Source: a virus. Taken from it: a DNA stretch of 64,000 bases. This document shows positions 9,279-22,227 of this stretch, piece after piece; within the stretch, counting starts at the first letter, position 1, and each line of letters begins with the position of its first letter. Location: IMG/VR virus record IMGVR_UViG_3300032092_000011, positions 32,001-96,000 of that record, one strand, 5' to 3'. The position numbers were made by a program, and so were the translations under genes. The notes under the pieces are model-generated. The model was given only the letters and a program-made list of their open reading frames with translations. It did no database searches and was not told where the DNA came from.

Positions 9279-9949
9279 TAGAATTCAGGTATACCACCAA
9301 TTTTTTTAGCTCTGTTTCTCCAAAGATTTAAAACCGTTTCTTTATCTTTTTGATCTAGTTCTTGCGTATTTAAATATCTATCTACTGTATTTATCATTTT
9401 CTCTCTGCGCTTTCTACTCTCAAATCTAAGACATTGTATATTTGCATCAACCTCTTTTGGAAGCATTAGATATTCCGTTTTTCCCATTAATCCACTCTCA
9501 ATCATGATTCTCAATATATCATCATTTTCAAAGGGTTTTCCATTTTTATAATTAGGACCATCTTGTGTTATATGTTCAATCTCATGTCGAATAACGCTAC
9601 ATAGATAATAATAGATTTCTTCCCAATATTCTGGCAACCAAGAAGGATCTACCATAAAATAGATTTGAATAAAAGGCGTTGTAGGATCTCCATCATCATC
9701 CTCATCTCTTCCATCTGCTCCAGTCTGATCAAGTATTTCAAATTTATCACCCTTAAAGTAAATATCGCAATAAATATCAAATTCTAAATCTTCTTCGATT
9801 TGGTCAAAATAAGAAGATTCTAACTTTCCATCTTTAAAGTCTTTTAACCAAAAAGAAAACGCCGAAGCTGCTATTCTCGATGAAAGTCGATCATAGTAAC
9901 TCCGGCGTCTAGATTTATTCTTATTGATATTATTTACATAGTCCATCAA
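9278..9949 (-). CDS. putative zinc metallopeptidase-fold protein
   Basis: IRHEIEHITQ plus downstream Y....KEVDA. Confidence 0.55.
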   Translation of the reverse strand: MMDYVNNINKNKSRRRSYYDRLSSRIAASAFSFWLKDFKDGKLESSYFDQIEEDLEFDIYCDIYFKGDKFEILDQTGADGRDEDDDGDPTTPFIQIYFMVDPSWLPEYWEEIYYYLCSVIRHEIEHITQDGPNYKNGKPFENDDILRIMIESGLMGKTEYLMLPKEVDANIQCLRFESRKRREKMINTVDRYLNTQELDQKDKETVLNLWRNRAKKIGGIPEF

Positions 9950-9957
9950 TAATTATA

Positions 9958-12900
9958 TTAGCAATCTAACTTTAGTTTCTCAATTTCTTGATAAAGTTCT
10001 TTAATTGCTTGAATTAAAATAGGAATTAATCCATCATAAATCACAGCTTTATATTCACTATTTGGTATATTTTTAACTAGATCAGGTACAATCTGTTCAA
10101 GCTCTTGTGCAATTACACCATAACTTAATTGTCCTGATTTATCTGGTGCCTTTCTAAGCATTTCTTCGCTCCAGTTATATGTAACACCATCAATACGCAT
10201 AATTAAATCTAACGCATTCTTAATAACCTCTATATTTGTCTTTAATCTAGCATCTGAAGAAATAGTTACATCAGAAAATGTTGGTGATGAATTAGTATTT
10301 ACATATTGGTTCATTGCCGACGCATAAACGTTTGAAGTTCCTGTTGGGCCTGTAGGACCTGTAGGACCTGTAGGACCTGTTGGACCAGGACCTCCATTAG
10401 AACCCGCAGGGCCGGTTGCACCTTGAGGACCAGTTGGGCCTGTAGGACCTGTAGGACCAGGACCTCCAGCTGAACCATCTCTACCAGTTGCACCTTGAGG
10501 ACCAGTTGGGCCTGTTGCTCCGGTTCCACCAGTTCCACCAGTAGGACCAGTTGCGCCTTGAGGACCAGTTGGGCCTGTAGGACCAGTTGCTCCTTGTGCT
10601 CCAGTCGAACCATTAGTACCATTAGTACCGGCAGGTCCAGTAGGACCAGTAGGACCTTGTCTACCTTGAGGACCTAGTGGGCCAGTTCCACCAGTCGCAC
10701 CAGTTGCTCCTTGAGCTCCAGTTCCTCCAGTTCCACCAGTCGGACCAGTTGCTCCTTGGGGACCGGTTGCTCCAGTTCCACCAGTTGAACCGGTAAAACC
10801 TTGAGGACCAATCGGGCCAGTAGGACCTGTTGGACCGGGACCTCCGGCTGAACCATCTCTACCAGTTGCACCTTGAAGACCAGTAGGACCTGTAGGACCA
10901 GTTGCTCCAGTTCCACCGGTTGGGCCTGTTGCGCCTTGAGGACCAATCGGGCCAGTAGGACCAGTTGCACCCTGTATACCAGTTGCACCAGTTCCACCAG
11001 TAGGACCTGTAAAACCTTGAGGACCAGTTGCTCCAGTTCCACCAGTCGAACCAGTTGCTCCTTGAGGTCCGGTTGAACCAGTATCTCCTTTAATACCAGT
11101 AGGACCTTGATTACCTTGAGGACCAGTTGCTCCTGTATTTCCAGTAATACCAGTAGGACCTTGATTACCTTGAGGACCAGTTGCTCCTGTATTTCCAGTA
11201 ATACCAGTAGGACCTTGATTACCTTGAGGACCTGTATTTCCTTGTAATCCAGTAGGACCTTGATTACCTTGAGGACCGGTTGGACCTTGACGACCTTGTG
11301 AACCAATTGGTCCAGTTGGTCCAGTTGGTCCAACTAAATTAATTGAAAGAAACCAAAGTTCTCCATCCCATTGATATAATCTTCCTGTATTTAAATCAAT
11401 ATAAGTTTGTCCAGCAAATTCTCCAAAACCAGATGGATCTCCATATCCTGATGTTGATCCATTAAATCCATTTGGTCCTGTTGCTCCAGTCCCACCATCG
11501 TTACCAGTTGGACCAGTTGGACCTTGTCTACCTTGTGCTCCAATAACTCCTTGCGGACCGGTAGGTCCTTGGTTACCTTGTGCTCCAGTAGTTCCTTGAA
11601 GACCAGTTGGACCTTGATTACCTTGTGCTCCAGTAGTTCCTTGTAATCCAGTAGGGCCTTGATTTCCTTGTGCTCCAGTAGTTCCTTGTAATCCAGTTGG
11701 GCCTTGGTTACCTTGAGCTCCAGTATTTCCTTGAGGTCCAATAGATCCTTGAATACCTTGAGATCCAATAGATCCTTGAATACCTTGAAGACCTTGAAGA
11801 CCGGTAGATCCTTGAATACCTTGAAGACCAGTAGATCCTTGAATACCTTGAAGACCAGTAGATCCTTGAATACCTTGAGCACCGGTATCACCCTTATCGC
11901 CAGTTGTTGTAAATGTTACAATTATATTTTCATTATCATTCCACGGGCCAGTTAAAGGTCCATCTACATAAGAAACTGGAATATCAAAATGATTTCCATG
12001 ATGAATATGTGATGCTGTAATAGCGTAAATTATATATGATGAGTTATTGCTCTCTTGTGTTAATTTAATATAACCTTTAACAGCACTTGTTGAATCATCA
12101 ATTGTTTGTAAAAAACTGCTAATATCTGTTGCAAGTCTATCGACACCTGAAATACCTAACAAAGTAGCAGCTCGAACATCATCACTAGTTATTAATATGT
12201 AACCGTCTGTTATATTTTCAATAAAAGTTTCGGTATCAAATCTATAATAAAAAGAAGCTCCACCAAAACTACCATCACGACCCTGATTACCTTGAGCTCC
12301 TACAGTTCCTTGTAAACCAGTCGGCCCTTGGTTACCTTGAGCTCCTACAGTTCCTTGTAAACCAGTCGGCCCTTGGTTACCTTGTGCTCCAGTAGTTCCT
12401 TGTAAACCGGTTGGACCTTGATTTCCTTGTAAACCAGTCGGTCCTTGATTACCCTGTGCTCCAGTAATTCCTTGTAAACCAGTCGGTCCTTGATTTCCTT
12501 GTGCTCCAGTAGTTCCTTGTAAACCAGTAATACCAGTCGGACCTTGATTACCTTGTGCTCCAGTAGTTCCTTGTAAACCAGTTGGACCTTGATTACCTTG
12601 TGCTCCAGTAGTTCCTTGTAATCCAGTTGGGCCTTGGTTACCTTGTGGACCAGTAATTCCTTGTAATCCAGTCGGTCCTTGGTTACCTTGTGGACCAGTA
12701 GGACCTTGACGGCCTTGAGAACCTGTAGCGCCTTGAGAGCCAGTAGCTCCAACCATATCAAATGAATAAACCCAAGTTTCTCCATCCCAAAAATATGCTC
12801 TACCAGTATTAATATCAATGTATGTCTGTCCATAAAAGTCTCCTTGTATTGAAGGAAGACCTTGAAAAGATAAAGTACCATTATATCCATTATTTCCTAT

Positions 12901-14334
12901 CGGACCCTGCACGCCCTGTGCTCCTGTATTTCCTTGATAACCAATAATACCTTGAAGACCCTGTGTTCCAACGGCACCTTGCGCTCCTGTTGCTCCTTGA
13001 TTTCCTTCAAGACCAGTAGGACCTTGACGACCTTGAGAACCCTGTACACCATCTATACCATCTCGACCCATGTCACCTTGAGGACCGGTAAATCCTTGGT
13101 CTCCTTGCCATCCCATCGAACCCATATCACCTTGAGGACCTGTCATACCCATGTCACCTTGAGGACCGGTAAATCCTTGGTCTCCTTGCCATCCCATCGA
13201 ACCCATGTCACCTTGAGGACCTGTCATACCCATGTCACCTTGAGGACCGGTAAATCCTTGGTCTCCTTGCCATCCCATCGGACCTATATCACCTTGAGGA
13301 CCTGTCATACCCATATCACCTTGAGGACCTGATGGACCTTGAATACCTGCAGCTCCTTGAACAGACATATCAGTAATATATGTCCATGAACCATTCCATA
13401 AATAGAGTGCTCCATAATCTGGATCTGTTTGGTCTAGCGCTCCTGCAACTAATCCAAATTGACCAATTGGGGTTTCAGTATATGATAATAAATTGTCTAA
13501 TGTATTAAATATTTGATGAATAATAAAACCTTGTCCACTAGCACCCTGAGAACCATCAGTACCACGATCACCTTGAGAACCTGCAGCACCTTGAGCACCG
13601 GTTGCTCCTTGAGCACCTGTTGCTCCTTGTGGACCTGTTGCTCCTTGAGCACCGTCATTTCCACCTTCACCCTGAATAGAAGGACCAGTAGGACCTTGAG
13701 GACCCCTAATATTTCCTTCTTGAAGCCAGTTATCTCCATCCCATTCATATAAATCGCCAGTATCAATGTCTATATACTGATCATTTCTAATAGGATTTGG
13801 GATAAGAACTGGTGTTTGAGGTATACCGCTTCCTGAATACCATTTAGAACCATCTTCTCCCGCAGCGCCTTGTACTCCCGCAGCGCCTTGTGTTCCTATA
13901 GAACCCTGTGCTCCTATTTCACCCTGTGCTCCTGTTGCTCCTTGTGCTCCATCTAATCCAGATCCACCTTCAAGAATTGTCCAAATACCGTTTCCTCCAT
14001 ATACTAAATTATATGCAGTGTATGGAACATCCATTGAAGAATATCCAATTGAATTGATATTAACACCATTTATAATTATATTAGCTGTTTCATCAGGATG
14101 CCTGATGATTTTAGGACCTCCATTGCTAATGACTCCATTAGGATCGCTAATAGAGAATGTCATTCCTGGTAAGAGTTTAATTCTACCAGATTGAACAGTT
14201 CTAGGAAGTCTAATATAAAAATCAGGACCGCCTGTTCCAGGCCCTAATATAAATTCTGAACTTGTTAATGGAAGGACATAATATGGTTGTCCACCTGTTG
14301 AAGTAATGGTACTAACATTAGTAAATGCTGACAT
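9958..14334 (-). CDS. collagen-like fibre protein with C-terminal peptidase S74 chaperone domain
   Basis: Long Gly-X-Y tracts; C-terminal SDARLKTNI...GVIAQE...LIQAIKEL. Confidence 0.85.
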   Translation of the reverse strand: MSAFTNVSTITSTGGQPYYVLPLTSSEFILGPGTGGPDFYIRLPRTVQSGRIKLLPGMTFSISDPNGVISNGGPKIIRHPDETANIIINGVNINSIGYSSMDVPYTAYNLVYGGNGIWTILEGGSGLDGAQGATGAQGEIGAQGSIGTQGAAGVQGAAGEDGSKWYSGSGIPQTPVLIPNPIRNDQYIDIDTGDLYEWDGDNWLQEGNIRGPQGPTGPSIQGEGGNDGAQGATGPQGATGAQGATGAQGAAGSQGDRGTDGSQGASGQGFIIHQIFNTLDNLLSYTETPIGQFGLVAGALDQTDPDYGALYLWNGSWTYITDMSVQGAAGIQGPSGPQGDMGMTGPQGDIGPMGWQGDQGFTGPQGDMGMTGPQGDMGSMGWQGDQGFTGPQGDMGMTGPQGDMGSMGWQGDQGFTGPQGDMGRDGIDGVQGSQGRQGPTGLEGNQGATGAQGAVGTQGLQGIIGYQGNTGAQGVQGPIGNNGYNGTLSFQGLPSIQGDFYGQTYIDINTGRAYFWDGETWVYSFDMVGATGSQGATGSQGRQGPTGPQGNQGPTGLQGITGPQGNQGPTGLQGTTGAQGNQGPTGLQGTTGAQGNQGPTGITGLQGTTGAQGNQGPTGLQGITGAQGNQGPTGLQGNQGPTGLQGTTGAQGNQGPTGLQGTVGAQGNQGPTGLQGTVGAQGNQGRDGSFGGASFYYRFDTETFIENITDGYILITSDDVRAATLLGISGVDRLATDISSFLQTIDDSTSAVKGYIKLTQESNNSSYIIYAITASHIHHGNHFDIPVSYVDGPLTGPWNDNENIIVTFTTTGDKGDTGAQGIQGSTGLQGIQGSTGLQGIQGSTGLQGLQGIQGSIGSQGIQGSIGPQGNTGAQGNQGPTGLQGTTGAQGNQGPTGLQGTTGAQGNQGPTGLQGTTGAQGNQGPTGPQGVIGAQGRQGPTGPTGNDGGTGATGPNGFNGSTSGYGDPSGFGEFAGQTYIDLNTGRLYQWDGELWFLSINLVGPTGPTGPIGSQGRQGPTGPQGNQGPTGLQGNTGPQGNQGPTGITGNTGATGPQGNQGPTGITGNTGATGPQGNQGPTGIKGDTGSTGPQGATGSTGGTGATGPQGFTGPTGGTGATGIQGATGPTGPIGPQGATGPTGGTGATGPTGPTGLQGATGRDGSAGGPGPTGPTGPIGPQGFTGSTGGTGATGPQGATGPTGGTGGTGAQGATGATGGTGPLGPQGRQGPTGPTGPAGTNGTNGSTGAQGATGPTGPTGPQGATGPTGGTGGTGATGPTGPQGATGRDGSAGGPGPTGPTGPTGPQGATGPAGSNGGPGPTGPTGPTGPTGPTGTSNVYASAMNQYVNTNSSPTFSDVTISSDARLKTNIEVIKNALDLIMRIDGVTYNWSEEMLRKAPDKSGQLSYGVIAQELEQIVPDLVKNIPNSEYKAVIYDGLIPILIQAIKELYQEIEKLKLDC
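13070..13330 (-). repeat. 81-nt tandem repeat (about 3 copies) inside the collagen gene
   Basis: Encodes [27 protein letters not shown] three times, near-identical at DNA level. Confidence 0.8.
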
Positions 14335-14392
14335 TTAAAGTGACGTATTTTTGGTATCTTTACTATGTATCTATCCCTAAAAATAAGTTAAA

Positions 14393-14452
14393 AATTTAGA
14401 ATTATCCTAAATTCTAAATTGAGAATGCCTAAGACTAGTCTTAGGCATTCTC
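14393..14452. terminator. tandem hairpins including a perfect 32-bp palindrome
   Basis: GAGAATGCCTAAGACT|AGTCTTAGGCATTCTC at 14421-14452; 11-bp inverted repeat at 14393-14420. Confidence 0.55.
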
Positions 14453-14472
14453 TTTATACTAATTTTGTATTA

Positions 14473-17400
14473 TTAGTATGGACTTATAGTCGGCATATTA
14501 AATACAATAATATTAGGAACTTGTGAATTTGGGGGTAATTGAATCCAACCGCCTTGAGGATCAATACCACCAGAAATACAATTTGAACCAACATAATAGT
14601 TATCAACTGCATTTACATCATTCCATAATGATAAGTGTAATCCAGTTGGTGAGTGCATATAAACAGAATCTAATAAAATGCTTCTATCTTGAGTACCTAC
14701 TTGCGGTGCAGTTAAGATAAATCCACCACCTGAAACAATATCCATTGATGTTTGATGCAATATAATTCTATGTTTTATTGAACCGTTTTGAGTTTCTCTA
14801 ATAATCCATGAATTTAATGCTGCATAACCCGTACCTACGTCTGGTGTTGATTCTATATCATAGCCTTGATGATTAAGTTTTAGTGTTGATGATTTAGAAC
14901 TAATAGTTCCACTAATCAATCTAATAACTGAAGACCAACCTTGTGCTGTTGAAAATAATTCTAAATGACAATTATCAACGAATAAATCGGCATTTACAAC
15001 TTCAACAACAACGCCATCCATAAATCCAGAATCGCTGCAATCAACTTTAACATAAATATCATTTAATGATATTATCATTTCCGATCCATCGTTACCTTGA
15101 ATTAATCCTCTACCATTAACATATATTTTGCTTTGACTTCTTCCGCCTCCCTTTATTTTAAATTCAGCACCGTTGTTTATTTCGAATATACATGAAAGTT
15201 GACCACCTACTGCATTAATTCTTACATTTGGTGAAAGATTTAAAGCAACAGTACCGATAATATCGATTGGATTTGTAGCTGACATGCCGTAAATACCAGG
15301 ATTTACGTAAACTTCATATCTTGTAATACTATTTGTTATACAATATCCCATTGCTCCTTCAATAGTTGCCCATGGATTTGTAGGATCTCCTAATACAGCA
15401 GTACCATCGTTACCATTTGGATCAACATATAATATTTGATCGTATAATACTGAGAATCCAACTCCATTAGAACCTTGTGCTCCAGTTGGACCTTGGTTAC
15501 CTTGTGCACCACTAGTTCCATTAATACCTTGGAAACCTAAAGGACCTTGATTTCCTTGAGGACCCGCAATACCCTGAGCTCCGGTTGGACCTTGACGACC
15601 TTGAGAACCTTGAGCTCCCGTAGAACCTTGTGCGCCAATTGTATTAAATGAGAAATCCCAATTTCCACCATTCCAAGTATAAAAATCACCAGTTAATACA
15701 TCAATATATGTTTGACCTACAAATGATCCTATTACATTATTACTATTAGGATCTCCATTTCCAGAAAGTGTGCCACTAGCACCATTATCACCCTGTGATC
15801 CAGTGTTTCCTTGAGGACCAGTTGGACCTTGTACACCTTGTAAACCTTGAGGACCGGTTGGACCTTGTCTACCCTGTGCTCCCGTCGAACCAGTATCTCC
15901 TTGAGCTCCAGTCGGACCTTGACGACCTTGAGAACCTTGAGCTCCTGCAGAACCTTGAGCTCCAGTAGAACCTTGAGCTCCAGAACTACCAACAGAACCT
16001 TTAATATTTCCTTGAGGAATCCAGTTTGCTCCGTCCCATTCATAAACATCGCCATTGTCTAAATCTAACCAATGTTCTCCAATAATGAATATTCCTGGAT
16101 TGTATGCTCCTGGAGGTACTCCATTTTCAGAATACCACTTAATAACTTCACCAGTCGAACCTTGTGCTCCTGCAGAACCTTGTGCTCCAGTTGGACCTTG
16201 AATTCCTTGAATACCAGTTGAACCTTGCGGGCCATGATCTCCCTGGAATCCTTTTTCTCCTTGTGGACCCGTTAAACCCTGAGGACCTGTTGAACCTTGA
16301 ATACCAGTAGGTCCTTGATTTCCTTGAGGACCTGAAATACCTTGATTTCCTTGAGGACCTAAAGGACCTTGATTTCCTTGAGGACCTGCAACACCTTGAG
16401 AACCAGTTGGACCTTGAACTCCAGCTGCACCAACAACCGACATATCAGTAATATAAGTCCATTGCGCACCATCCCAAAGATATAATTTACCATAATCTGG
16501 ATCGCTTGGATCTAAACTTCCTGCAACTAAACCAAATTCTCCGGCCGGAGTTGAGGTATCTGATAATAAACTATTCAAATCATTATAGATTTGATTAATA
16601 TGGAATCCTTGACCAACATCACCTTGGAATCCTTGAGCTCCAATTGAACCTTGCGCTCCAGTTGGACCTTGGTTACCTTGGTTACCTTGAGCTCCAGTTG
16701 GACCTTGGTTACCTTGAGCTCCAGTTGCTCCTTGAAGACCGGTTGGACCTTGGTTACCTTGAGCTCCAGTTGCTCCTTGAAGACCGGTTGGACCTTGGTT
16801 ACCTTGTTGACCGGTTGGACCTTGGTTACCTTGAGCTCCAGTTGCTCCTTGAAGACCGGTTGGACCTTGGTTACCTTGAGAACCCTGTTGACCAGTTGGA
16901 CCTTGGTTACCTTGAGCTCCAGTTGCTCCTTGAAGACCGGTTGGACCTTGGTTACCTTGAGAACCCTGTTGTCCAGTCGGACCTTGATTTCCTTGAGCTC
17001 CAGTCGGACCTTGATTTCCTTGAGCTCCAGTCGGACCTTGATTTCCTTGAGAACCCTGAGGACCAGTAGGACCTTCAGTAGCACCTAACGTTGTAACAAT
17101 ATGTGAATAATCAGCAACACCCTCAGTATAAAACTTAATAGTTCTATTAGCATTATCATCATTTGTTGCAAATATTTCAACTAATACTTTATCAGTTGGG
17201 TCAACATATTTAGTTGTTATAAATAGATCTTGGTAAACATCAACAATTGTGGTTGCATTTGTGTCCCATCCAATTAAATGTGCATTCGTTGTTCCCCAAA
17301 CTTGTAAAACATTACCATTTGGATCAGTTCTTGATACTTTTACGTATACTTGAATATTATCATTTACCGATGCTTTTGTAAAGTGCATTTTAAATTGCTG

Positions 17401-19413
17401 AATTCCCGCCGGAACAAGCGCAACGCCTAATCCAACGGGTGTTAAGAATTTAGTTACTAATGCATCTGATTGTAGAGCAGTAAGATTCGTTGTAACAGTT
17501 TGTTGAGCTCCAGAAACTGGAATCGGAGATATTTCATTAATATCATTTGCTCCTCCTCCATTATTAACAAGAACAACCGACTCATTCATATAGAATGTTT
17601 GTCCGCTTGACGAACCTCTATCACCTTGGAATCCTTGAGGACCTTGATTTCCTTGAGGACCAGTAACTCCCTGCAATCCTGTTGAACCTTGTAAACCAGT
17701 TGGACCTTGATTTCCTTGTGCTCCAGTTGCTCCCTGTGCTCCAGTATCTCCTTGTGCTCCAGTATCTCCTTGAGGACCAGTTGGACCTTGATCACCTTGA
17801 GGTCCTGGAGTACCGGTTACAAACGATATGCTCCAAATATTATTTGAAAATACATCATAATATCCAGATCCTCCTGAAATAAACGTTAAAGCATAAAAAG
17901 CATATGTACCGTAAAAGCTAGAAGTTGTTATTTCGTAAGTTGCATAGCTATTAGCGTCTACAGTATTTGTTAGAATAACCTTAGTTCCGGCGGTAATTGA
18001 AGATAGAAAAGAAGTCTGATCACCGATTGGATTACCATTCACATCAATAGCCTCATTACTTACCAATAATTGAGCAAATCCAGCTAATGTATTACTAGGA
18101 CCACCATTAAAACGGTAATGTGTATTTGATGGATTTCCTCCTATGTAATAATGTAATGTTGTTGATGGAGAATCAATACCTGTATCTCCTTGAGGACCGG
18201 TTTCTCCTTGAGGACCAGTAGGTCCTTGATTTCCTTGATTTCCTTGTGCTCCAGTTGCTCCTTGAGATCCAATAGAACCTTGAGGACCTGTAGGACCTTG
18301 TACACCATCAGCACCTTGAACCGACATATCAGTAATATATTGCCATTGGGCACCATCCCATAAATAGAGTGCTCCATAATTTGGATCATTTTGCGGTAAA
18401 TTACCAGCAACTAAACCAAATTTACCAGGTTGTACATTCTGGCTTGGATTATCAGCTAATAGCAATTGTAGGTCATCATAGATAAAATCAATTTCAAAAC
18501 CATATCCAGTATCACCTTGACTACCTTGTGCTCCAACATTTCCTTGTGCTCCAACATTTCCTTGAGCTCCAGTCGAACCTTGAGGACCTGTTAGACCTTG
18601 AAGACCAGTTGGACCTTGGTTTCCTTGAAACCCAGTTGGACCTTGGTTTCCTTGTGCTCCTAATCCACCTTGAGCACCTACAGAACCTTGAACTCCAGTT
18701 GCTCCCTGCGCTCCAGTATCTCCTTGAGGACCCATTATTGAACCTTGAAGAATCCAGTTTCCATTCTGGAAAATATAAACATTTCCGCTATTAATTTCTA
18801 AATAGTGATCGTTTTCTTCATATGGCTGACCTGTATATACATTAATAGGCTGAGGTTGTATAATATCACTATACCATTTGCTTCCATCAGCACCGCCAAC
18901 ACCTTGAGAACCTACAGCTCCTTGATTACCTATAGAACCTTGAGCTCCTGTATTACCTTGAGCTCCTGTTGCACCAGTTGAACCTTGAGCTCCTGTATTA
19001 CCTTGAGCTCCTGCGGAACCTTGTGGTCCAGTTGGACCTTGTCTACCTTGATAGCCTTGAGTTCCTAAAGGTCCAGTTGCTCCTTGAGCACCAGTATTTC
19101 CTTGAGGACCAGTAGGACCGCCAGATGAAACTGATTCAACATTCCAAAAGTAATTACCGTTAATATCTTGTCTAAATACTAGTGTTTTACCAATATCTGA
19201 ATTAGACATTTCATATTGATCTTCGCCGGTTGCATTACCTCTAATGGCATAATTTTTAATCATTTCTCCAGCAAGAGCAAGATTATAGTCCATTTCTTCG
19301 TGTGTCAATGGACGATCAAAATCCGATGGAATTAATGGAATATAAAAACCATTAACGTCACGATGTTTACCGTGATCGAAACTGTATTCTGTGATTTTCT
19401 TTAATGTAGACAT
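14473..19413 (-). CDS. collagen-like fibre protein with globular (probably beta-helical) C-terminus
   Basis: Gly-X-Y tracts interrupted by knob modules shared with 9958-14334; [24 protein letters not shown] beta-helix entry motif; N-terminal [11 protein letters not shown]. Confidence 0.8.
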   Translation of the reverse strand: MSTLKKITEYSFDHGKHRDVNGFYIPLIPSDFDRPLTHEEMDYNLALAGEMIKNYAIRGNATGEDQYEMSNSDIGKTLVFRQDINGNYFWNVESVSSGGPTGPQGNTGAQGATGPLGTQGYQGRQGPTGPQGSAGAQGNTGAQGSTGATGAQGNTGAQGSIGNQGAVGSQGVGGADGSKWYSDIIQPQPINVYTGQPYEENDHYLEINSGNVYIFQNGNWILQGSIMGPQGDTGAQGATGVQGSVGAQGGLGAQGNQGPTGFQGNQGPTGLQGLTGPQGSTGAQGNVGAQGNVGAQGSQGDTGYGFEIDFIYDDLQLLLADNPSQNVQPGKFGLVAGNLPQNDPNYGALYLWDGAQWQYITDMSVQGADGVQGPTGPQGSIGSQGATGAQGNQGNQGPTGPQGETGPQGDTGIDSPSTTLHYYIGGNPSNTHYRFNGGPSNTLAGFAQLLVSNEAIDVNGNPIGDQTSFLSSITAGTKVILTNTVDANSYATYEITTSSFYGTYAFYALTFISGGSGYYDVFSNNIWSISFVTGTPGPQGDQGPTGPQGDTGAQGDTGAQGATGAQGNQGPTGLQGSTGLQGVTGPQGNQGPQGFQGDRGSSSGQTFYMNESVVLVNNGGGANDINEISPIPVSGAQQTVTTNLTALQSDALVTKFLTPVGLGVALVPAGIQQFKMHFTKASVNDNIQVYVKVSRTDPNGNVLQVWGTTNAHLIGWDTNATTIVDVYQDLFITTKYVDPTDKVLVEIFATNDDNANRTIKFYTEGVADYSHIVTTLGATEGPTGPQGSQGNQGPTGAQGNQGPTGAQGNQGPTGQQGSQGNQGPTGLQGATGAQGNQGPTGQQGSQGNQGPTGLQGATGAQGNQGPTGQQGNQGPTGLQGATGAQGNQGPTGLQGATGAQGNQGPTGAQGNQGNQGPTGAQGSIGAQGFQGDVGQGFHINQIYNDLNSLLSDTSTPAGEFGLVAGSLDPSDPDYGKLYLWDGAQWTYITDMSVVGAAGVQGPTGSQGVAGPQGNQGPLGPQGNQGISGPQGNQGPTGIQGSTGPQGLTGPQGEKGFQGDHGPQGSTGIQGIQGPTGAQGSAGAQGSTGEVIKWYSENGVPPGAYNPGIFIIGEHWLDLDNGDVYEWDGANWIPQGNIKGSVGSSGAQGSTGAQGSAGAQGSQGRQGPTGAQGDTGSTGAQGRQGPTGPQGLQGVQGPTGPQGNTGSQGDNGASGTLSGNGDPNSNNVIGSFVGQTYIDVLTGDFYTWNGGNWDFSFNTIGAQGSTGAQGSQGRQGPTGAQGIAGPQGNQGPLGFQGINGTSGAQGNQGPTGAQGSNGVGFSVLYDQILYVDPNGNDGTAVLGDPTNPWATIEGAMGYCITNSITRYEVYVNPGIYGMSATNPIDIIGTVALNLSPNVRINAVGGQLSCIFEINNGAEFKIKGGGRSQSKIYVNGRGLIQGNDGSEMIISLNDIYVKVDCSDSGFMDGVVVEVVNADLFVDNCHLELFSTAQGWSSVIRLISGTISSKSSTLKLNHQGYDIESTPDVGTGYAALNSWIIRETQNGSIKHRIILHQTSMDIVSGGGFILTAPQVGTQDRSILLDSVYMHSPTGLHLSLWNDVNAVDNYYVGSNCISGGIDPQGGWIQLPPNSQVPNIIVFNMPTISPY

Positions 19414-19421
19414 TAAACTGA

Positions 19422-19943
19422 TTAGTATGTTTTGTATGTATTATATAATTGAAGTATTTCTTCGATTGATGAATTAAACATCTGATGAATATATCCGCAG
19501 TCAATATATTCGCTTTGAGCTTTAATATATTCATCAAGATATAATTCATCATAAATTTTACGAACTTTATTAAGTGTTCTAGTGTATTCAGATAATTGTG
19601 AAAATTGCATTGCATTAATCTTATCCACATCTTTGGAAATCCAACCAGTGCCTTCTCTATATTCGATAAAACGATTAGCTCTATCAACACTAAAATTAAA
19701 ACTTCTTAATGAATATAAACATTGATCGATACAATTTCTTTCAACTGCTGTTCTAGTGGTAATTGGAGCTGTATTTTGTATATAGTCTCCAAGTTCATCC
19801 ATATTCATTTTCACAAGAGTTTTGGTTGAGTTTCTAAACTTGTTTTCTTTCAAAATCATGATTTCATTAACTTCTCCGCCAAATGCTCTAAAATTATCTA
19901 GGTAAATGTACGCTAGAACTAATGTGATTCTATCAACTATCAT
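19422..19943 (-). CDS. hypothetical protein
   Basis: 173-aa ORF in operon. Confidence 0.7.
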   Translation of the reverse strand: MIVDRITLVLAYIYLDNFRAFGGEVNEIMILKENKFRNSTKTLVKMNMDELGDYIQNTAPITTRTAVERNCIDQCLYSLRSFNFSVDRANRFIEYREGTGWISKDVDKINAMQFSQLSEYTRTLNKVRKIYDELYLDEYIKAQSEYIDCGYIHQMFNSSIEEILQLYNTYKTY

Positions 19944-19944
19944 A

Positions 19945-20346
19945 TTATTTCACTCCCATATATTTAGTAAAGTAATAAATGATAATAGTACCTATTCCAG
20001 AAAGAAGACCCCATAAAATTTTTGTCGCAGTTGACTTAAATTTCATAAGTTCTTCATGTTCTCTTACCATTTTTTCATAATTATCCTCATCTTTTTCTTT
20101 TTCAATTCGAAAAGATGTGTTTTTATTCACAGCAACAACAATTCCATCATTTGGATTAAGTAGTTGTTTTTTAAGCTCGCGAATTTCATTTTTCATTTCA
20201 TTTTGATTTTCCATTAGGAGTCGAATTGCTGACTCTAATTGAATATACGATGGATCTTCCATCTTACGACGAAATGATTCAAAAGCCTTATATAAGCTCT
20301 CGATTAACTCTTTTGGTGACTGATTGTCTGGATTTTCTGGAAACAC
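19945..20346 (-). CDS. coiled-coil protein with C-terminal TM helix (holin-like?)
   Basis: ILWGLLSGIGTIIIYYF TM segment; GTG start. Confidence 0.6.
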   Translation of the reverse strand: MFPENPDNQSPKELIESLYKAFESFRRKMEDPSYIQLESAIRLLMENQNEMKNEIRELKKQLLNPNDGIVVAVNKNTSFRIEKEKDEDNYEKMVREHEELMKFKSTATKILWGLLSGIGTIIIYYFTKYMGVK

Positions 20347-20426
20347 GATAAGTCCTATTCTTTTTTTATCAGTTTATATATTCTTGACAAAAAAGAATAG
20401 GACCAGTTAAATGATATATACTTGGC

Positions 20427-20873
20427 TTAATTGTTAGAATCTGAACCGTCTAAATTGGCTCCTACAGCATAGTGTGCCATATATTCTTCACGGCTCATAG
20501 CATGTTGAGATGCTAAATGTGCAATTTGATCGCGATCAAAATTAGGATCTGGAGTTGGAACTTGAACATTTGAAGTTCCAATGTTTTTAACAGACCAAAG
20601 TCCATAAGTTAAAACTTGTGGATTTCCAGCATTAGGATTAGTTACAATAACATCATCTTCAATGCCTTCTTGTAATTTATGAAAATTTTGGCTTGCTTGT
20701 GTAATATAGTTTTCAGCTTTTGCAATATGGTCTTGAATCCAACCTGGAATATCAAATTCCATAGTACCAATTTTACCTTGCAACTCGGTGGCCGCATCAA
20801 TAATAGCCTTTAAACTATTATGTGCCATTGAAACTTCATGGTCTCCAGCTTCTTTAATAAGTTTTTTACTCAT
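20427..20873 (-). CDS. putative virion protein
   Basis: MSKKLIKEA leader; DHEVSMA...WIQDHIAKA; late-type GATATATA upstream. Confidence 0.6.
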   Translation of the reverse strand: MSKKLIKEAGDHEVSMAHNSLKAIIDAATELQGKIGTMEFDIPGWIQDHIAKAENYITQASQNFHKLQEGIEDDVIVTNPNAGNPQVLTYGLWSVKNIGTSNVQVPTPDPNFDRDQIAHLASQHAMSREEYMAHYAVGANLDGSDSNN

Positions 20874-20906
20874 CGGAATTGTATAATTTTTCTATTCTAT
20901 ATATCT

Positions 20907-21476
20907 TTATTGGAAAAGTTCCTTCAGATCATAGTCATCGATGGTCTTTTTAAGAGCTTGAATATAATGAGGTGCTTCAGCATAGCTAGCAGAAAGATAT
21001 TGATAATATGCTTCTTCAGAATTTATACTACCTAAATAACGAGCTTGGTAAAATGCATAATCATAAACTGATTCTCTCCAAGTATTATAATATGCATGGT
21101 TATTTTGAGTACCAGATGATGTTGTAACTCTAGCTCGAGCCTCTTTCATGCCAAATAGATTATTGTTCTCACGAAAGATGTGGCTTTTCCAGTGACCAGT
21201 TTCAACCATCGATTGAGCTAATGGAATCCATGGATATTTGATATTTAAATCTTTCATCATCATGACGAGTTTATCCTTGGTAAAAACATCATGTTGTTTG
21301 ATTTCTATCACTCTCTCCATATCAGACATTCCCTCTAAAGCCTTCATTTTACCACGTTGATAGGAAATGTACATTGTTAAACAATATGCTGTCGTGATGA
21401 TTGTAAATACACGTAAATAAGCCTTGAAACTTATTTTTTCGTGGATAATCTTTGATTTATTGTAACGATATAACAT
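20907..21476 (-). CDS. membrane-anchored glucosaminidase (GH73/FlgJ-like peptidoglycan hydrolase)
   Basis: AQSMVETGH, NNLFGMK and YA motifs; N-terminal TM; start moved to MLYRY. Confidence 0.8.
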   Translation of the reverse strand: MLYRYNKSKIIHEKISFKAYLRVFTIITTAYCLTMYISYQRGKMKALEGMSDMERVIEIKQHDVFTKDKLVMMMKDLNIKYPWIPLAQSMVETGHWKSHIFRENNNLFGMKEARARVTTSSGTQNNHAYYNTWRESVYDYAFYQARYLGSINSEEAYYQYLSASYAEAPHYIQALKKTIDDYDLKELFQ

Positions 21477-21495
21477 AATCTTATTTTTGTTTACA

Positions 21496-21538
21496 ATGTA
21501 AATATAAACAAAATTTTTCAAACGGTAAAACTTTTTTT
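21496..21538 (-). promoter_or_regulatory. class I early promoter
   Basis: AAAAGTTTTACCGTTTGAAAAATTTTGTTTATATTTACAT. Confidence 0.8.
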
Positions 21539-21603
21539 GAAAAAAAGTGAAAAAAAGTGAAAAAAGTTTAGAGAGCAAAGTCAAGTGCTGACCCGGCGTA
21601 CCT

Positions 21604-21933
21604 TCATTTGCTCTCTACTTGTTCGTCTTTACGACGCAAATAAAAGTATAAGCCAAAAAATGATGCTGATCCTAGGTAAAATATTCCAGACGTCATCCAA
21701 TAAGAATTTGTCCATTGCATTACAGTATAAAAAGCTGCGTCGAAACCCAGGGGGTTCAGAAAGGTCGCTATCACCAAGGCAGCAGTTGCTCGATTCTTTT
21801 TGATTATTTTTCTCACGTTGTATACTGTCTCCGTCCATATTATTAGGTTGTGATTTGTTGACCATAGTCGACAATCTATATATCTTTTAAAAGAAAAAAG
21901 CACCTTGTTTCCAAAGTGCTTTAATTTTTTCAT
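21604..21933 (-). CDS. small membrane protein
   Basis: Hydrophobic segments ATAALVIATFLNPLGFD and GIFYLGSASFFGLYFY; start uncertain. Confidence 0.6.
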   Translation of the reverse strand: MKKLKHFGNKVLFSFKRYIDCRLWSTNHNLIIWTETVYNVRKIIKKNRATAALVIATFLNPLGFDAAFYTVMQWTNSYWMTSGIFYLGSASFFGLYFYLRRKDEQVESK

Positions 21934-22130
21934 GCTGGACCTCCAACTCCGAAATAGACCCACCAATCTGACTCATCGTTTTCATCGATGTGAAAATACG
22001 AAAGATAGTCAATATTCTCATGGAGACTATTTTCTAAACTTTCTAATTTCTCGCACACAGACTTTACCGGGTTTGTCTTACTGGGATCATTTTCAGAAGG
22101 ACGTAACAGCTCTTCTGATAAATGTTCCAT
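21930..22130 (-). CDS. hypothetical protein
   Basis: 66-aa acidic ORF overlapping the next start (ATGA). Confidence 0.5.
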   Translation of the reverse strand: MEHLSEELLRPSENDPSKTNPVKSVCEKLESLENSLHENIDYLSYFHIDENDESDWWVYFGVGGPA

Positions 22131-22227
22131 AGTGCTGAAAAATGATGTTTTTGGTGTGAAGTAGAATTACTTCTCAATCTATATATTATAATAATACTAA
22201 AATGTTTACTCTTTAGAGTGAAATATT

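Noticed and set aside
10311-18794. Many alternative-frame ORFs (VLKV/LEHK/RTS-rich) overlapping the collagen genes
   Set aside because: Shadow frames of Gly-X-Y codon repeats
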